Below are positions 1 through 10,940 of a DNA stretch of 64,000 nt, piece after piece. This DNA is from Macrostomum lignano (taxonomy: Eukaryota). The notes under the pieces were generated by a model. The model searched no databases and was not told the origin of the DNA. It worked only from the letters and a program-made list of their open reading frames with translations. Location: positions 1 through 64,000 of the forward strand of contig NIVC01001804.1 in NCBI GenBank assembly GCA_002269645.1, written 5' to 3'. A program made the position numbers and the translations under genes. Within the stretch, counting starts at the first letter, position 1; every line of letters starts with the position of its first letter.

Positions 1-228
1 ATGTGGCGTGATCATTCCCGCCTGCAAAGCAGCACGACCTTGGAGACACGCGAATGTGGCGTGATCATTCCCGCCTGGCAAAGCAGCACGACCTTGGAGA
101 CACGCGAATGTGGCGTGATCATTCCCGGCCTGACAAAGCAGCACGACCTTGGAGACACGCGAATGTGGCGTGATCATTCCTGCCTGACAAAGCAGCGCGA
201 CCTTGGAGACACGCGAATGTGTCGTGAT
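1..228. repeat. 53-bp minisatellite (about 4 copies, cut by the window edge) in the first RasGRF intron
   Basis: Unit atgtggcgtgatcattcccgcctgcaaagcagcacgaccttggagacacgcga recurs every ~53 nt. Confidence 0.9.
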
Positions 229-315
229 TAAAGCCTCTTGCCCAGTCGAGCAGACTTAAAACTCCTGTCTAACAGATCTCTAACCATTGTCTAACAGCCC
301 ACCAGCCGGACTTAC

Positions 316-591
316 CGCATACTGCTGTCTCTCAGTCCTGTCAACCTGTTTGAGCGACAGATACTTGTCGCAGTAGGAGCCTTCCAGCAGGGCGACCCCG
401 GAGGGTTTCTCAGACTTGTCGCTGTCGTAGTAGAACAGAAGGTTCTGGTAGAGCACGAAGTAGCGCAGCTGCCACTTGCCCGTGTCCAGACTGCGCTTGT
501 GCAGCCAGCCAGCCTGACTGGCCGATCCTGACCGGGCCTTCAGCGACAGGTGCAGCAGTTGGGAGTCGTTGACTCGGATAGCCTTCTGCAT
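316..591 (-). CDS. RASGRF: RasGRF (Ras guanine-nucleotide releasing factor) first coding exon, N-terminal PH domain; gene continues off the left edge
   Basis: Translation MQKAIRVNDSQLLHLSLKARSGSASQAGWLHKRSLDTGKWQLRYFVLYQNLLFYYDSDKSEKPSGVALLEGSYCD closely resembles the vertebrate RasGRF1 N-terminus as I recall it (MQKAIRLND...KW...FALLQNLLFYF...PSGLYLLEG..C). ATG at 591-589; phase-0 GTAAGT donor after 316. Confidence 0.88.
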
Positions 592-684
592 GACTGCTGC
601 TGCTGCTGCTGTTTGGCGACTTGGCGATTCTGAGCTGCGTCTGCGGATAATCGGGTAGTTAGGACTCGAAAAATGCAATGTGGG

Positions 685-1300
685 AAGTGGGATTTAGGAT
701 TTGGGAATTGGGATTTGGTAATAGGATTTGGGATTCAGGATTGGATTTTTCGGGATTTGAGAATTGGGATTCGGGATTTGAGAGTTGGGATTTGGGATTT
801 GGGATTCGGGATTTAGGATTTGGGATTCGGATTAGATTTTTGGGATTTGGAAATTGGGATTCGGGATTTGGGATTTGGGATTTGGGATTTAGGAATTAGG
901 ATTCGGGATTTGGGATTATGGATTTGGGATTTGGGATTTGGGATTCAGGAATTAGGATTTGGGATTCGGGATTGGATTTTGGGATTTGGAAATTGGGATT
1001 CGGGATTTGGGATTTGGGATTTGGGATTTGGGATTTAGGAATTAGGATTCGGGATTTGGGATTTGGGATTTGGGATTTAGGAATTAGGATTCGGATTTGG
1101 GATTTGGGATTTGGGAATTGGGATTTGAGAAATCGGATTAGGCAATTGGGATTTGGGAATTGGGATTGAGAAATCGGATTAGGCAATTGGGATTTTGGAT
1201 TTTGGATTTTGGATTTGGTAATAGGATTTGGGAATTGGGATTTGAGAAATGGGATTTGAGAAATGGGATTTGAGAATTTGAATATGGATAGGAATTTTGG
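685..1300. repeat. G-rich 6-7 bp degenerate satellite (GGGATTT/GGAATT/GGATTC)
   Basis: Continuous run of gggattt-type units directly upstream of the RasGRF exon. Confidence 0.9.
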
Positions 1301-1814
1301 GGTGCAATTTTTGGGATTTAGAAAACCGAATTCAAATTTTGGGTTTGTACTCGTAGTTGGAAATCCAGCTATTGGACTCAAAATTGGGACTTAAGTTCTG
1401 GTATCTGCGTATTCGAATTCGAAATTAAGATTGGAGTTCCGAGATTGGAATTTACACCTGTGTTGTGACCTCGTGCAATTTCGATGCAAGAACTCCTATT
1501 TTCAAAGCTCGCTGCTTATGCTGCATTTTCATCTGGGGTAAAAGAAAATTAGCATGAAATCCAAAATATTGACAAAAATTGCTGAACTTGTGCCTGCTGC
1601 ACTTCCCCTGGCAACCTCTCCGTCACTTCCCGTTCTCCCTCTGACGGGATTTTCTGTGCCTAACAACTGACTTCCGCTTCCTGTCGTCTGCTTTGACTCT
1701 CTTCTCCACCTCTGTCTCCAATCTCCCTCTCTTCCTTCGCCTATCTCATCTCTACTCTCCCTCTCTCACTTCTCCACTCTCAACCCTCTTTTCTCCACTC
1801 TCCACAATTCTCTT

Positions 1815-2015
1815 CTTCAATCTCACGGCTCTCTCTTCTTCAATCTCATGGCTCTCTCTTCTTCACTCTCATGGCTCTCTCTTCTTCACTCTCATGGCTC
1901 TCTCTTCGTCACTCTCATGGCTCTCTTCTTCACTCTCATGGCTCTCTCTTCTTCAATCTCATGGCTCTCTCTTCTTCACTCTCATGGCTCTCTCTTCTTC
2001 ACTCTCATGGCTCTT
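1815..2015. repeat. CT-rich ~23-25 bp minisatellite
   Basis: Repeats of ctctctcttcttcactctcatgg. Confidence 0.8.
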
Positions 2016-2629
2016 TGTTCCCTCTCCTTATCTCATATCTTCGCTCTCACCTCTCTCTCATCTCTGCTCTCACGCACTCAATTCTACCCCTCTTATTCCA
2101 TTATCTCTCTTAAAAACTGTAGTTCATCCTCATCTATCTCAACCCCCTCAGTCTCCCCCACATCCCTGGCGCCTGGCAAGCAGAGCTGTGAAAACCACAA
2201 GATGGCTCACGAGGCTGGACTATACAGCGGCTTCACTGGGCTCTCCGGGGACCCGGGGCATCAGCTCTGGCATTTCAAAATGCCGATAATCATATGCTGT
2301 TGCTTTATACAGTGAGCCATCTTTCTGTTTTGCTGATACACCAGTACACTGAGCCGACTCTGGATGGATTTGAGACTACTTTTCCTGATTCATCACATGG
2401 GGCAAAGTTTCTCATTTTCTGTAGCAATCACTGCTTTTTACATTTTTTACACTTTACTTCAGATGCCATTGTTTAGAACTCTATGACTGAGTCTGGGAAA
2501 AGACTGCCAAATCTCAGCATCTGGAAGGGACAGTCGCAGGGGAAAATTACGGAATGCAACTGTCTATGGCCAGGCTCGATTCCAAGTGCAGTCGCATTAT
2601 TTTGGGGCTAAATTGGAATCTCGGCTTGG

Positions 2630-2835
2630 GCCAATCCCCAAGGCACAGGGAAGTGAACATGCTTAGCGATTAAGGTAAAGTTAGGGCCGCTGTACACTCC
2701 TGTGTGATTTTGTGCCTGTGTGTGTGCCTGCTCAGAGGCGTCGGCGGAGTGGGCAGTAATGGCTCTCGCCGGTTAAAGTGTGACAATGTCGCTTAAAGTG
2801 CGCCAGGAGCCCCTGCCTCTTTATCTAAAAAAGTC
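2630..2835 (+). mobile_element. Interspersed repeat (SINE/LINE-tail-like), copy 1
   Basis: Shares cccaaggcacag...gggccgctgtacactcc with 13605-13700, and gtgcctgctcag..gtcggcgga.tgggcagtaatg.ctctcgccggtt...cctgcctct plus an A-rich tail with the reverse complement of 20845-20975. Confidence 0.55.
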
Positions 2836-4431
2836 AAAGGCCAGCCCTTAGCTGCGAAAACTTCAGCGAAAGCAGATTTAGAGACCAATTGGCTTTCATT
2901 TCAACGGGTGCGTGGTACACTAATCTGGGCGGAAAGACAAGAAATACAAAGGAGAAAAACTTAAGAGACAAAAAAGGGCTCACGAGAAGCAGAACTCCTG
3001 TTTGCAAAGGAATTGCACTATTGCAACTCAACAAACTGCTTATTGACTGCAGGCAGGCGCGGGAGAAGGAAGCCAGAAGGCGACTCAAAGAGAGGAGGCT
3101 GCGATTTTGGGGTGGGCGGTCGCAGTATTCGCTGCAAGTTTCCCCTATAAATGCAATCATTTTGCTGCATCAGCTGCTGCCCCGCCTAAGTCGCACCTGG
3201 GCCTGCACTGCAGCCTCCCCACCTACCCGACTGAGGTGACTGAGGAATCTGGCGAGAGAGAGGGACGCAGGGAGAGAGAGAGAGACGGCAAGAGAAACCG
3301 TTGCCATGGAGACGTGTATTTGGCAAACACACGCGAGACTGGATTATTGTATATTTAACGGGCAGGCGGGGGGTTGCAGCTGGGATGGCCTAAAAGTCTA
3401 AACTGCTTTTGAACATGCCGGGTGGGCAGCGGGACCTGCCTATTCTGTGAGGGAAAGTTGTTTCAGAGAAAAAGATTTCCGGACCAGCCTGTTTACTGCG
3501 ATGTGGGAAGAAACTTACGCAAAAAATATTTATCGGCGTCTGAAGCAAGGAGTGACTTTGCCGCGGCAGTAGCTCACGGCTGCTCTTCAGCAGTGTAGCT
3601 GCCTCAGTCTCCGGTTGGCTGCCCTGCAGACGGCTGAGAGAGTTTTATTGAAAACAGAGTCACCCCAGGGACTGTCAGCCTATCAAACTGTCAAAGTGTC
3701 CGCCGGTTGCAGTCGGAGCCCCCGGAGCAGCGGCTGGGCTTTCATAGGCTTCGGCGACGCACGATTTGCGAGGCCTGGGGTGGGGGGACCGCCGCCAGGA
3801 CTGGCTCTGGGCGGTGTCCAACCCCAGGCCTCGAATTCAACAACAGCCGACCGACCCTGCCTCAGCTGCATTTGCTCAGAGGGCGTCCTGCAGTCCCCCC
3901 CCACAGTTCTCCCTCACCCCATGGGAGCGGACAGAATGGCCGAGAGAAGGGCGGCGGACCTGGAGGGGTGGCGAAGGCGAAACGGGGAATTGTGTCGCAG
4001 CTCGCGTCAAAAGGAAAATAAGGAGATGAGGGAGAGCCGGGAGCAGGCTGATGGTGATGATAGCAGCATAGAAGAGCAGATTCTCTTCAGTAAAAAATCC
4101 ACTGAGCTGTCTTGAACCGCGTGTGCTCTGCTCCAGCTCTCCCTTTCCCTGCTGTCTTTCTTGCCTTTTCAAACTGAAACAGCAGAAGAAATCAATTCAT
4201 CAAAGAAAGCCACCGAACGGACGGCAGCTGCGCCGCAATGATGGGGCAGCGGGCAGATCTCAGGCTAGGAATATTGCAGAAATTCTCTTTGCGATGCCAG
4301 ATTCGCGTCTGATTGCGCCTTGGGATTCGATTTTGGAAAATAATTATAATTTTCAACTACATTAAATATTCCTTGGAATTTTGAGCATTTACATTTTGAT
4401 GACCAATTTGATAAGTTTCAATCATATTGCC

Positions 4432-4878
4432 GCCTCAATCACCCTCCACTGCTTCCCTCTATCCCCTTCGCAATCACCCTCCACTGCTGCCTTCTCTCCC
4501 CTCCGCAATCACCCTCCACTGCTGCCCTCTCTCCCTCCGCAATCACCCTCCACTGCTGCCCTCTCTCCCCTCCGCAATCACCCTCCACTGCTGCCCTCTC
4601 TCCCCTCCGCAATCACCCTCCACTGCTGCCCTCTCTCCCCTCCGCAATCACCCTCCACTGCTGCCCTCTCTCCCCTCCGCAATCACCCTCCACTGCTGCC
4701 CTCTCTCCCCTCCTCAATTACCCTCCACTGCTGCCCTCTCTCCCCTCCTCAATTACCCTCCACTGCTGCCCTCTCTCCCCTCCTCAATTACCCTCCACTG
4801 CTGCCCTCTCTCCCCTCCTCAATTACCCTCCACTGCTGCCCTCTCTCCCCTCCTCAATTACCCTCCACTGCTGCCCTA
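4432..4878. repeat. 35-bp minisatellite (~13 copies)
   Basis: Unit gcaatcaccctccactgctgccctctctcccctcc. Confidence 0.9.
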
Positions 4879-5437
4879 GCAGTGATAACAGTGTGGTCAC
4901 TCCTTCTCAAGCACCGTATCCTTAATCTCCAATACGAAGCCAGCACCTTGAGCATAAACAGCCAGGATCCCGATGCAGAGCGACCCGTTCCCAAGGATTA
5001 AAATTGTTTGGATGAATAATAGTGAGGGGACTCGGCAAGCTGCTCCTAGAGACACACGAGTGCCCGCTCGAAACCCAGCACAAGGAAGGAAGCAGGATGC
5101 ATGGGGGCAGGAGTCCAGCACAACGAAGGCCTCGCAGCTCGGGTTCTCACACAGCTTGAGTCCACGCGCTTTAATCCCCCACCCCCCTCCCCCAAGGGTC
5201 GCCCAGCTTGCCATATTTGCAAGTGAGTGATTTCTACTTTTTTTCAGCGTCAGTGCATGCAGGAGTCGCAGATTCGAGTTCCGGACTGACGCTCTGAGGC
5301 TGCAATCCCCTGAATATAATATTGCATACTCACTCCTTGTGATTAGTTTCATATTAAAAATAAAAGTTTTTCGCGCACCTTTGTTAATTAAGAGTCAGCA
5401 GACATCGGTGGCCGAGCCTTGATCCCGGCCGTATGCT

Positions 5438-5545
<108 letters not shown>

Positions 5546-7024
5546 GGAGATGGGGACGTTCCCGAACTAATTAGGCAGGTAGGCTGGTAGGCTGGCAGGC
5601 AGGCAGTGTGTAAAGAAGCAGCCGAGGACTGAGCAGGAAGCCAGAAGGGAGCTGGTTGGGGAAAGTTTGCCTGAAGGCAGCTGCGCTGAGCAGGGGACTC
5701 CGGAGCAGGGGCAGGGGGTGAGCAGCAGCTGACCAGCTTGAATCCTGCCGCGGGTACTTCGGGGAATGAAAGCATCGCAAAAAGGCAAGCTAAGAAAAAG
5801 TATACTGCCTGCTCATAGAAAACAAGTTGAATTTATTCTCTGCGAATTCGACAAAGTGGGTGAATTTCAGTGTGTGAAGCTCAACACGTCCTTTTTTGAT
5901 CGACAACCGTCAAAAAATGCGCAGGGCATAAGCGGGTAGATTAAGTCATTAACGGGAGGGGTTGGGTGCAGATAAGAAAAGGAGGGGTGGGGTGCCCGAC
6001 AGAGGAAAGAGGCAAGAGCGAACAGCCAATCAGAAGGCAGCGAGGGAGAGAGATAAGATTTACTGGGTTGAACTGGACAGAGAGAGAGAAAAACAGAGAC
6101 GAGTGCAGATGAACTGAAGGACTGACTAAGAAATCCGCGACAGCGATATGTGAGCTGCAGCTCTGCTCTCCAATATCCATAAATTTAAATTTGTACTTTT
6201 TTCAAATAATCGCTTATGCATGCACAGAGGCAGCTAATTGTGCAGGTATCCGGGCTTATAAATCTTTTCGCTGAGCACAGCAACTCGGTCCTGCAGGGCT
6301 CTACAGATATAGCTAGATTCCCCCAGACCGGTAAACCAGTAGCTATATACCGTGCTGTCCTCAATAATTAATGAGCACACGAGTAGCGAGGACTAAAAGC
6401 AGGGTTGGCTACATTAGCTATGGAGAACTGCATGTCTGTCCTACCTGAGCACTGCGTGCAGTAAAAGAGGGGGAACCGGACAGCAGGTGAGATAAAGAAT
6501 GCGATGCGGCTTCAGTAGTTATACGGGGGGAGATCGGAGGCGGGAGCCTGGCTCGCGCCCCTCTGACTCTGTTCTCAACGCTCCTTCGTTCGTAATATTT
6601 TCTTCTTCAACTGGAATATTTCAATATAACGGATTCGACAGCCTTTGTTCCCGTGAATCCCGATCATCATGTGGCAAAGCACGATCCTTTGATGAAGATT
6701 TCTAATCAAAGGTCAGCGAGTAGTTATTTGGGGTGTACGAGTTATATGAAATTTCAAGACTCGAATGCCCTTTCCCAACTTTTTTATACGATGCCAGCGC
6801 TTTTGGGGAAAGGTCAATTTAACTGTTTACTTGTACAGTTACATACCCACAATACAATGTAATTTATTTATTTAACTGTGTATGTCCAAGGCCGTCACCA
6901 CCGGAAGGGGGGCCGGACATGCCCCCCCCCCCAGTAAAAGCTATGGGGGAACATGCCAATGCTTTGTCACCCCACCCCACTGTGTGACCGCGTTCTTCAA
7001 ATCATTTTTTGTCTGCGGTGCTTA

Positions 7025-7362
7025 AATGAGTGCCTGCGGCGCCAAAATGAGTGCCTGCGGCGCCAAAATGAGTGCCTGCGGCGCCAAAATGAGTACCTGC
7101 AGTGCCAAAATGAGTGCCTGCAGTGCCAAAATGAGTGCCTGTAGTGCCAAAATGAGTGCCTGCAGTGCCAAAATGAGTGCCTGCAGTGCCAAAATGAGTG
7201 CCTGCGGCGCTAAAATGAGTGTCTGCGGCGCTAAAATGAGTGTCTGCGGCGCTAAAATGAGTGTCTGCGGCGCTAAAATGAGTGTCTGCGGCGCTAAAAT
7301 GAGTGCCTGCGGCGCTAAAATGAGTGTCTGCGGCGCTAAAATGAGTGTCTGCGGCGCTAAAA
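7025..7362. repeat. 21-bp minisatellite (~16 copies)
   Basis: Unit aaaatgagtgcctgcggcgcc and variants. Confidence 0.9.
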
Positions 7363-8064
7363 TAAGTCTGTCTGTCTATGCATGTCTCAGTGCTTAGTCT
7401 GTCTGTCTCTGCCGAGCCACAGTGAAAATCTCATGCAGTTGAATCGCTCGCAGTTGGGATAAGCGACAATTCATTAACAATTTGCTGAATCGGCCAGAGT
7501 TTGCGGCTGAAATCTGGGACAATCCAACAGCAGATACAAGCCAGAATAGTGCACTCGCTAATAAAAAGGAATAATCCGATATAGAGGGGATCTCGCGTGG
7601 CCGGACAGGAGCTCTCAGCCCCTCTCCGTCCCCCAGGGGGAATTTCCTGGACCAAGGAACGAACTGTGGCCACGCAGGCAGACAGCCACGCAATCGGGCC
7701 ATGATGAACATCTCAGCCTGCAGGCCGTCGCATCCGATTGTCCTCAATCACGGACCGATAGACAGCTCGGTCTGGGCAGCCACTCAGCGGCCCAGAGCAG
7801 TGCAGCAATAATTGCGCTTACAGCCTATGGAAATGAATATGCCTAGAGATAGATTTTTTAATAGCTGGCTCGAGGCAAGGCAATCCTGGGCTGAGCAGTC
7901 GGCCTCGGAGATAAAGACAGAATTCGACTGCAATTAAGCGAATGCCGAATCGCCTTGCCGCTTTGTGTGTGTGCGTCACTGCATGTAAGAATCGATGCTA
8001 GTGTTCCTTTTACTAAATGACTGAAATTTTGCATGTAAGATATCCATGAATGAGGGCAAAATGA

Positions 8065-8540
8065 AGAATCAGCAGTCCCTGAATGCAGAGCGGAATGAAG
8101 AATCAGCAGTCCCTGAATGCAGAGGGGAATGAAGAATCAGCAGTCCCTGAATGCAGAGGGGAATGAAGAATCAGCAGTCCCTGAATGCAGAGGGGAATGA
8201 AGAATCAGCAGTCCCTGAATGCAGAGGGGAATGAAGAATCAGCAGTCCCTGAATGCAGAGCGGAATGAAGAATCAGCAGTTCCTGAATGCAGAGCGGAAT
8301 GAAGAATCAGCAGTCCCTGAATGCAGAGCGGAATGAAGAATCAGCAGTCCCTGAATGCAGAGCGGAATGAAGAATCAGCAGTCCCTGAATGCAGAGCGGA
8401 TTGAAGAATCAGCAGTCCCTGAATGCAGAGGGGAATGAAGAATCAGCAGTCCCTGAATGCAGAGCGGAATGGAGAATCAGCAGTCCCTGAATGCAGAGGG
8501 GAATGAAGAATCAGCAGTCCCCGAATGCAGAGGGGAATGA
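8065..8540. repeat. 34-bp minisatellite (~14 copies)
   Basis: Unit gaatgaagaatcagcagtccctgaatgcagagcg. Confidence 0.9.
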
Positions 8541-9381
8541 AGAAGCCGTCCACCTGAGCCAGGAAAACAATCCAAGCAACAGGATGAAGTGCTGAAATGT
8601 AATTTCTCCAGTCCCGTATTGAAGCTGAGGCCAATATTACAGTTTTAGCGCCAGCAAGCAGCCCATGGGGCGGTCATTTCGGGGCCTGAAAGCGGCAACA
8701 ACAGCCCAAATTAGAACGCGGAAGAGCGATATTCCAGCGCCCAGATGCATATAGCAGTGCCAGGCCCCGCAGCTGAACACTTTAATAAACAGATCGGAAT
8801 TCATACGCACGCAAATTAGACAAACTGGGGACAACATGGGCCTAAAAATAAACTGACTCGGCTTTTAATTGCCAAGCGAAACACTGCAGCAAGCCGTATC
8901 TTGCAGCCAAAGACAATTTTGGCTAATTGGCTGAAAAGCCAATAAAAGGGCCACTTTGAAGTTCCATTTAGCTTCGCAGTCGCTTAAAATTCGAATCCCC
9001 CACTTCTGTGACAAATATAAGGATGGGAATAGAAAAATGAAAACAAAAAAGCAGAATTTCAGCATCGTCATTTACAAAACTTGAAATAAATTGAATTATT
9101 ATTAATGCAACAATACACAAGATATTACAAAATGATAAGCGATTTTTTACAGAGCAGATAGAAAAATAACAGAAAAAGCACCTTATACTACTGCAAGGCA
9201 GCAGATAGCAGTGATTAGTTAGTAGAAAAATGCTGGACATAAAAAATAAAGTTGTATATAATGCATTACCGAGTTTATAAATGTTAGAAACAATTATTAA
9301 TCCCATAAACAAAAATAAAGAAAAAATACTACTGACTTGGTTTTGAAATGTTAGTAGTGCAGACAGCGACTCGACATCCCG

Positions 9382-10521
9382 TCAGACATTTATCTCATCG
9401 AAAAACTCTTGACAAGCGGCATAGGCTCCGGTGAGGAAAAACGTTCGGTCCTGGTTAATCCTCTCTGCCAACCGGGACTGCAGAGCCTGGCAACTGGAAT
9501 TAATGAAAATTATGATTTGTTATTAAGTTGTTGTAAATTTTATGATCTACCATTAGAACTATGATCAATCATGAGTCACAATGACCCAGTGACTGGTTAC
9601 AGCATAGTGCTCAATCATGAGTCACAATGACCCAGTGACTGGTTACAGCATGGTGCTCAATCATGAGTCACAATGACCCAGTGACTGGTTACAGCATGGT
9701 GCTCAATCATGAGTCACAATGACCCAGTGACTGGTTACAGCATGGTGCTCAATCATGAGTCACAATGACCCAGTGACTGGTTACAGCATGGTGCTCAATC
9801 ATGAGTCACAATGACCCAGTGACTGGTTACAGCATGGTGCTCAATCATGAGTCACAATGACCCAGTGACTGGTTACAGCATGGTGCTCAATCATGAGTCA
9901 CAATGACCCAGTGACTGGTTACAGCATGGTGCTCAATCATGAGTCACAATGACCCAGTGACTGGTTACAGCATGGTGCTCAATCATGAGTCACAATGACC
10001 CAGTGACTGGTTACAGCATGGTGCTCAATCATGAGTCACAATGACCCAGTGACTGGTTACAGCATGGTGCTCAATCATGAGTCACAATGACCCAGTGACT
10101 GATTACAGCATGGTGCTCAATCATGAGTCACAATGACCCAAGCCGCACAGCAACTCACTCCACCAAGTCGAACAGTCCTCCGACAGCCCACTGAGTGACG
10201 GCCACGCTAAAATCCTTGTGATGAGACTCCTCGGTTGCGAGGCCGGCAGAGTCCGAACCGGAGGCGGAGAAAAACCGATTGAAGTCCGGCAGGGAGATTC
10301 GAACCGACACGCGCCGGAGGGCTGCGGCAGCTCCGGTGCGGCTCATTGCCACGAATGACAGGCTGGCGGAGTGAGTGGGATTCTCTGGCGCTGAATGGCA
10401 TTCTGGGTGTCTGCATTTCTGTCTGTCTGTCTGCCTGTCTGTCTGTCTGTCTGTGTCTTCGTCTTTTGTGACTGTCTTTCTGTCTGTCTGTCTGTCTATC
10501 TGTGTCTTCGTCTGTTGTGAC

Positions 10522-10564
<43 letters not shown>

Positions 10565-10582
10565 GTCTTCGTCTGTTGTGAC

Positions 10583-10627
<45 letters not shown>

Positions 10628-10664
10628 GTGTCTTCGTCTGTTGTGACTGTCTGTCTGTCTGTCC

Positions 10665-10714
<50 letters not shown>

Positions 10715-10851
10715 GTCTCCGTCTGTTGTGACTATCTGTCTGTCTGTTTGCCTGCCTGTCTTGTCCGTCCGTATCGAACGAGCTTGGAGACCGTTGAGAG
10801 TTTCGATTTGCTTTCTGTCGTTGTCGCATCGAGGCTGCAGCAGCTGATCAC

Positions 10852-10940
<89 letters not shown>

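Noticed and set aside
3615-4365. ORFs 3615-4115 and neighbours as a plus-strand gene
   Set aside because: No ATG-led start for the longest frame, no recognisable domain and no convincing splice chain.
8065-10140. CRISPR-like appearance of the 34-bp and 46-bp arrays
   Set aside because: The units are contiguous with no unique spacers, there are no cas genes, and the context is a eukaryotic spliced locus.
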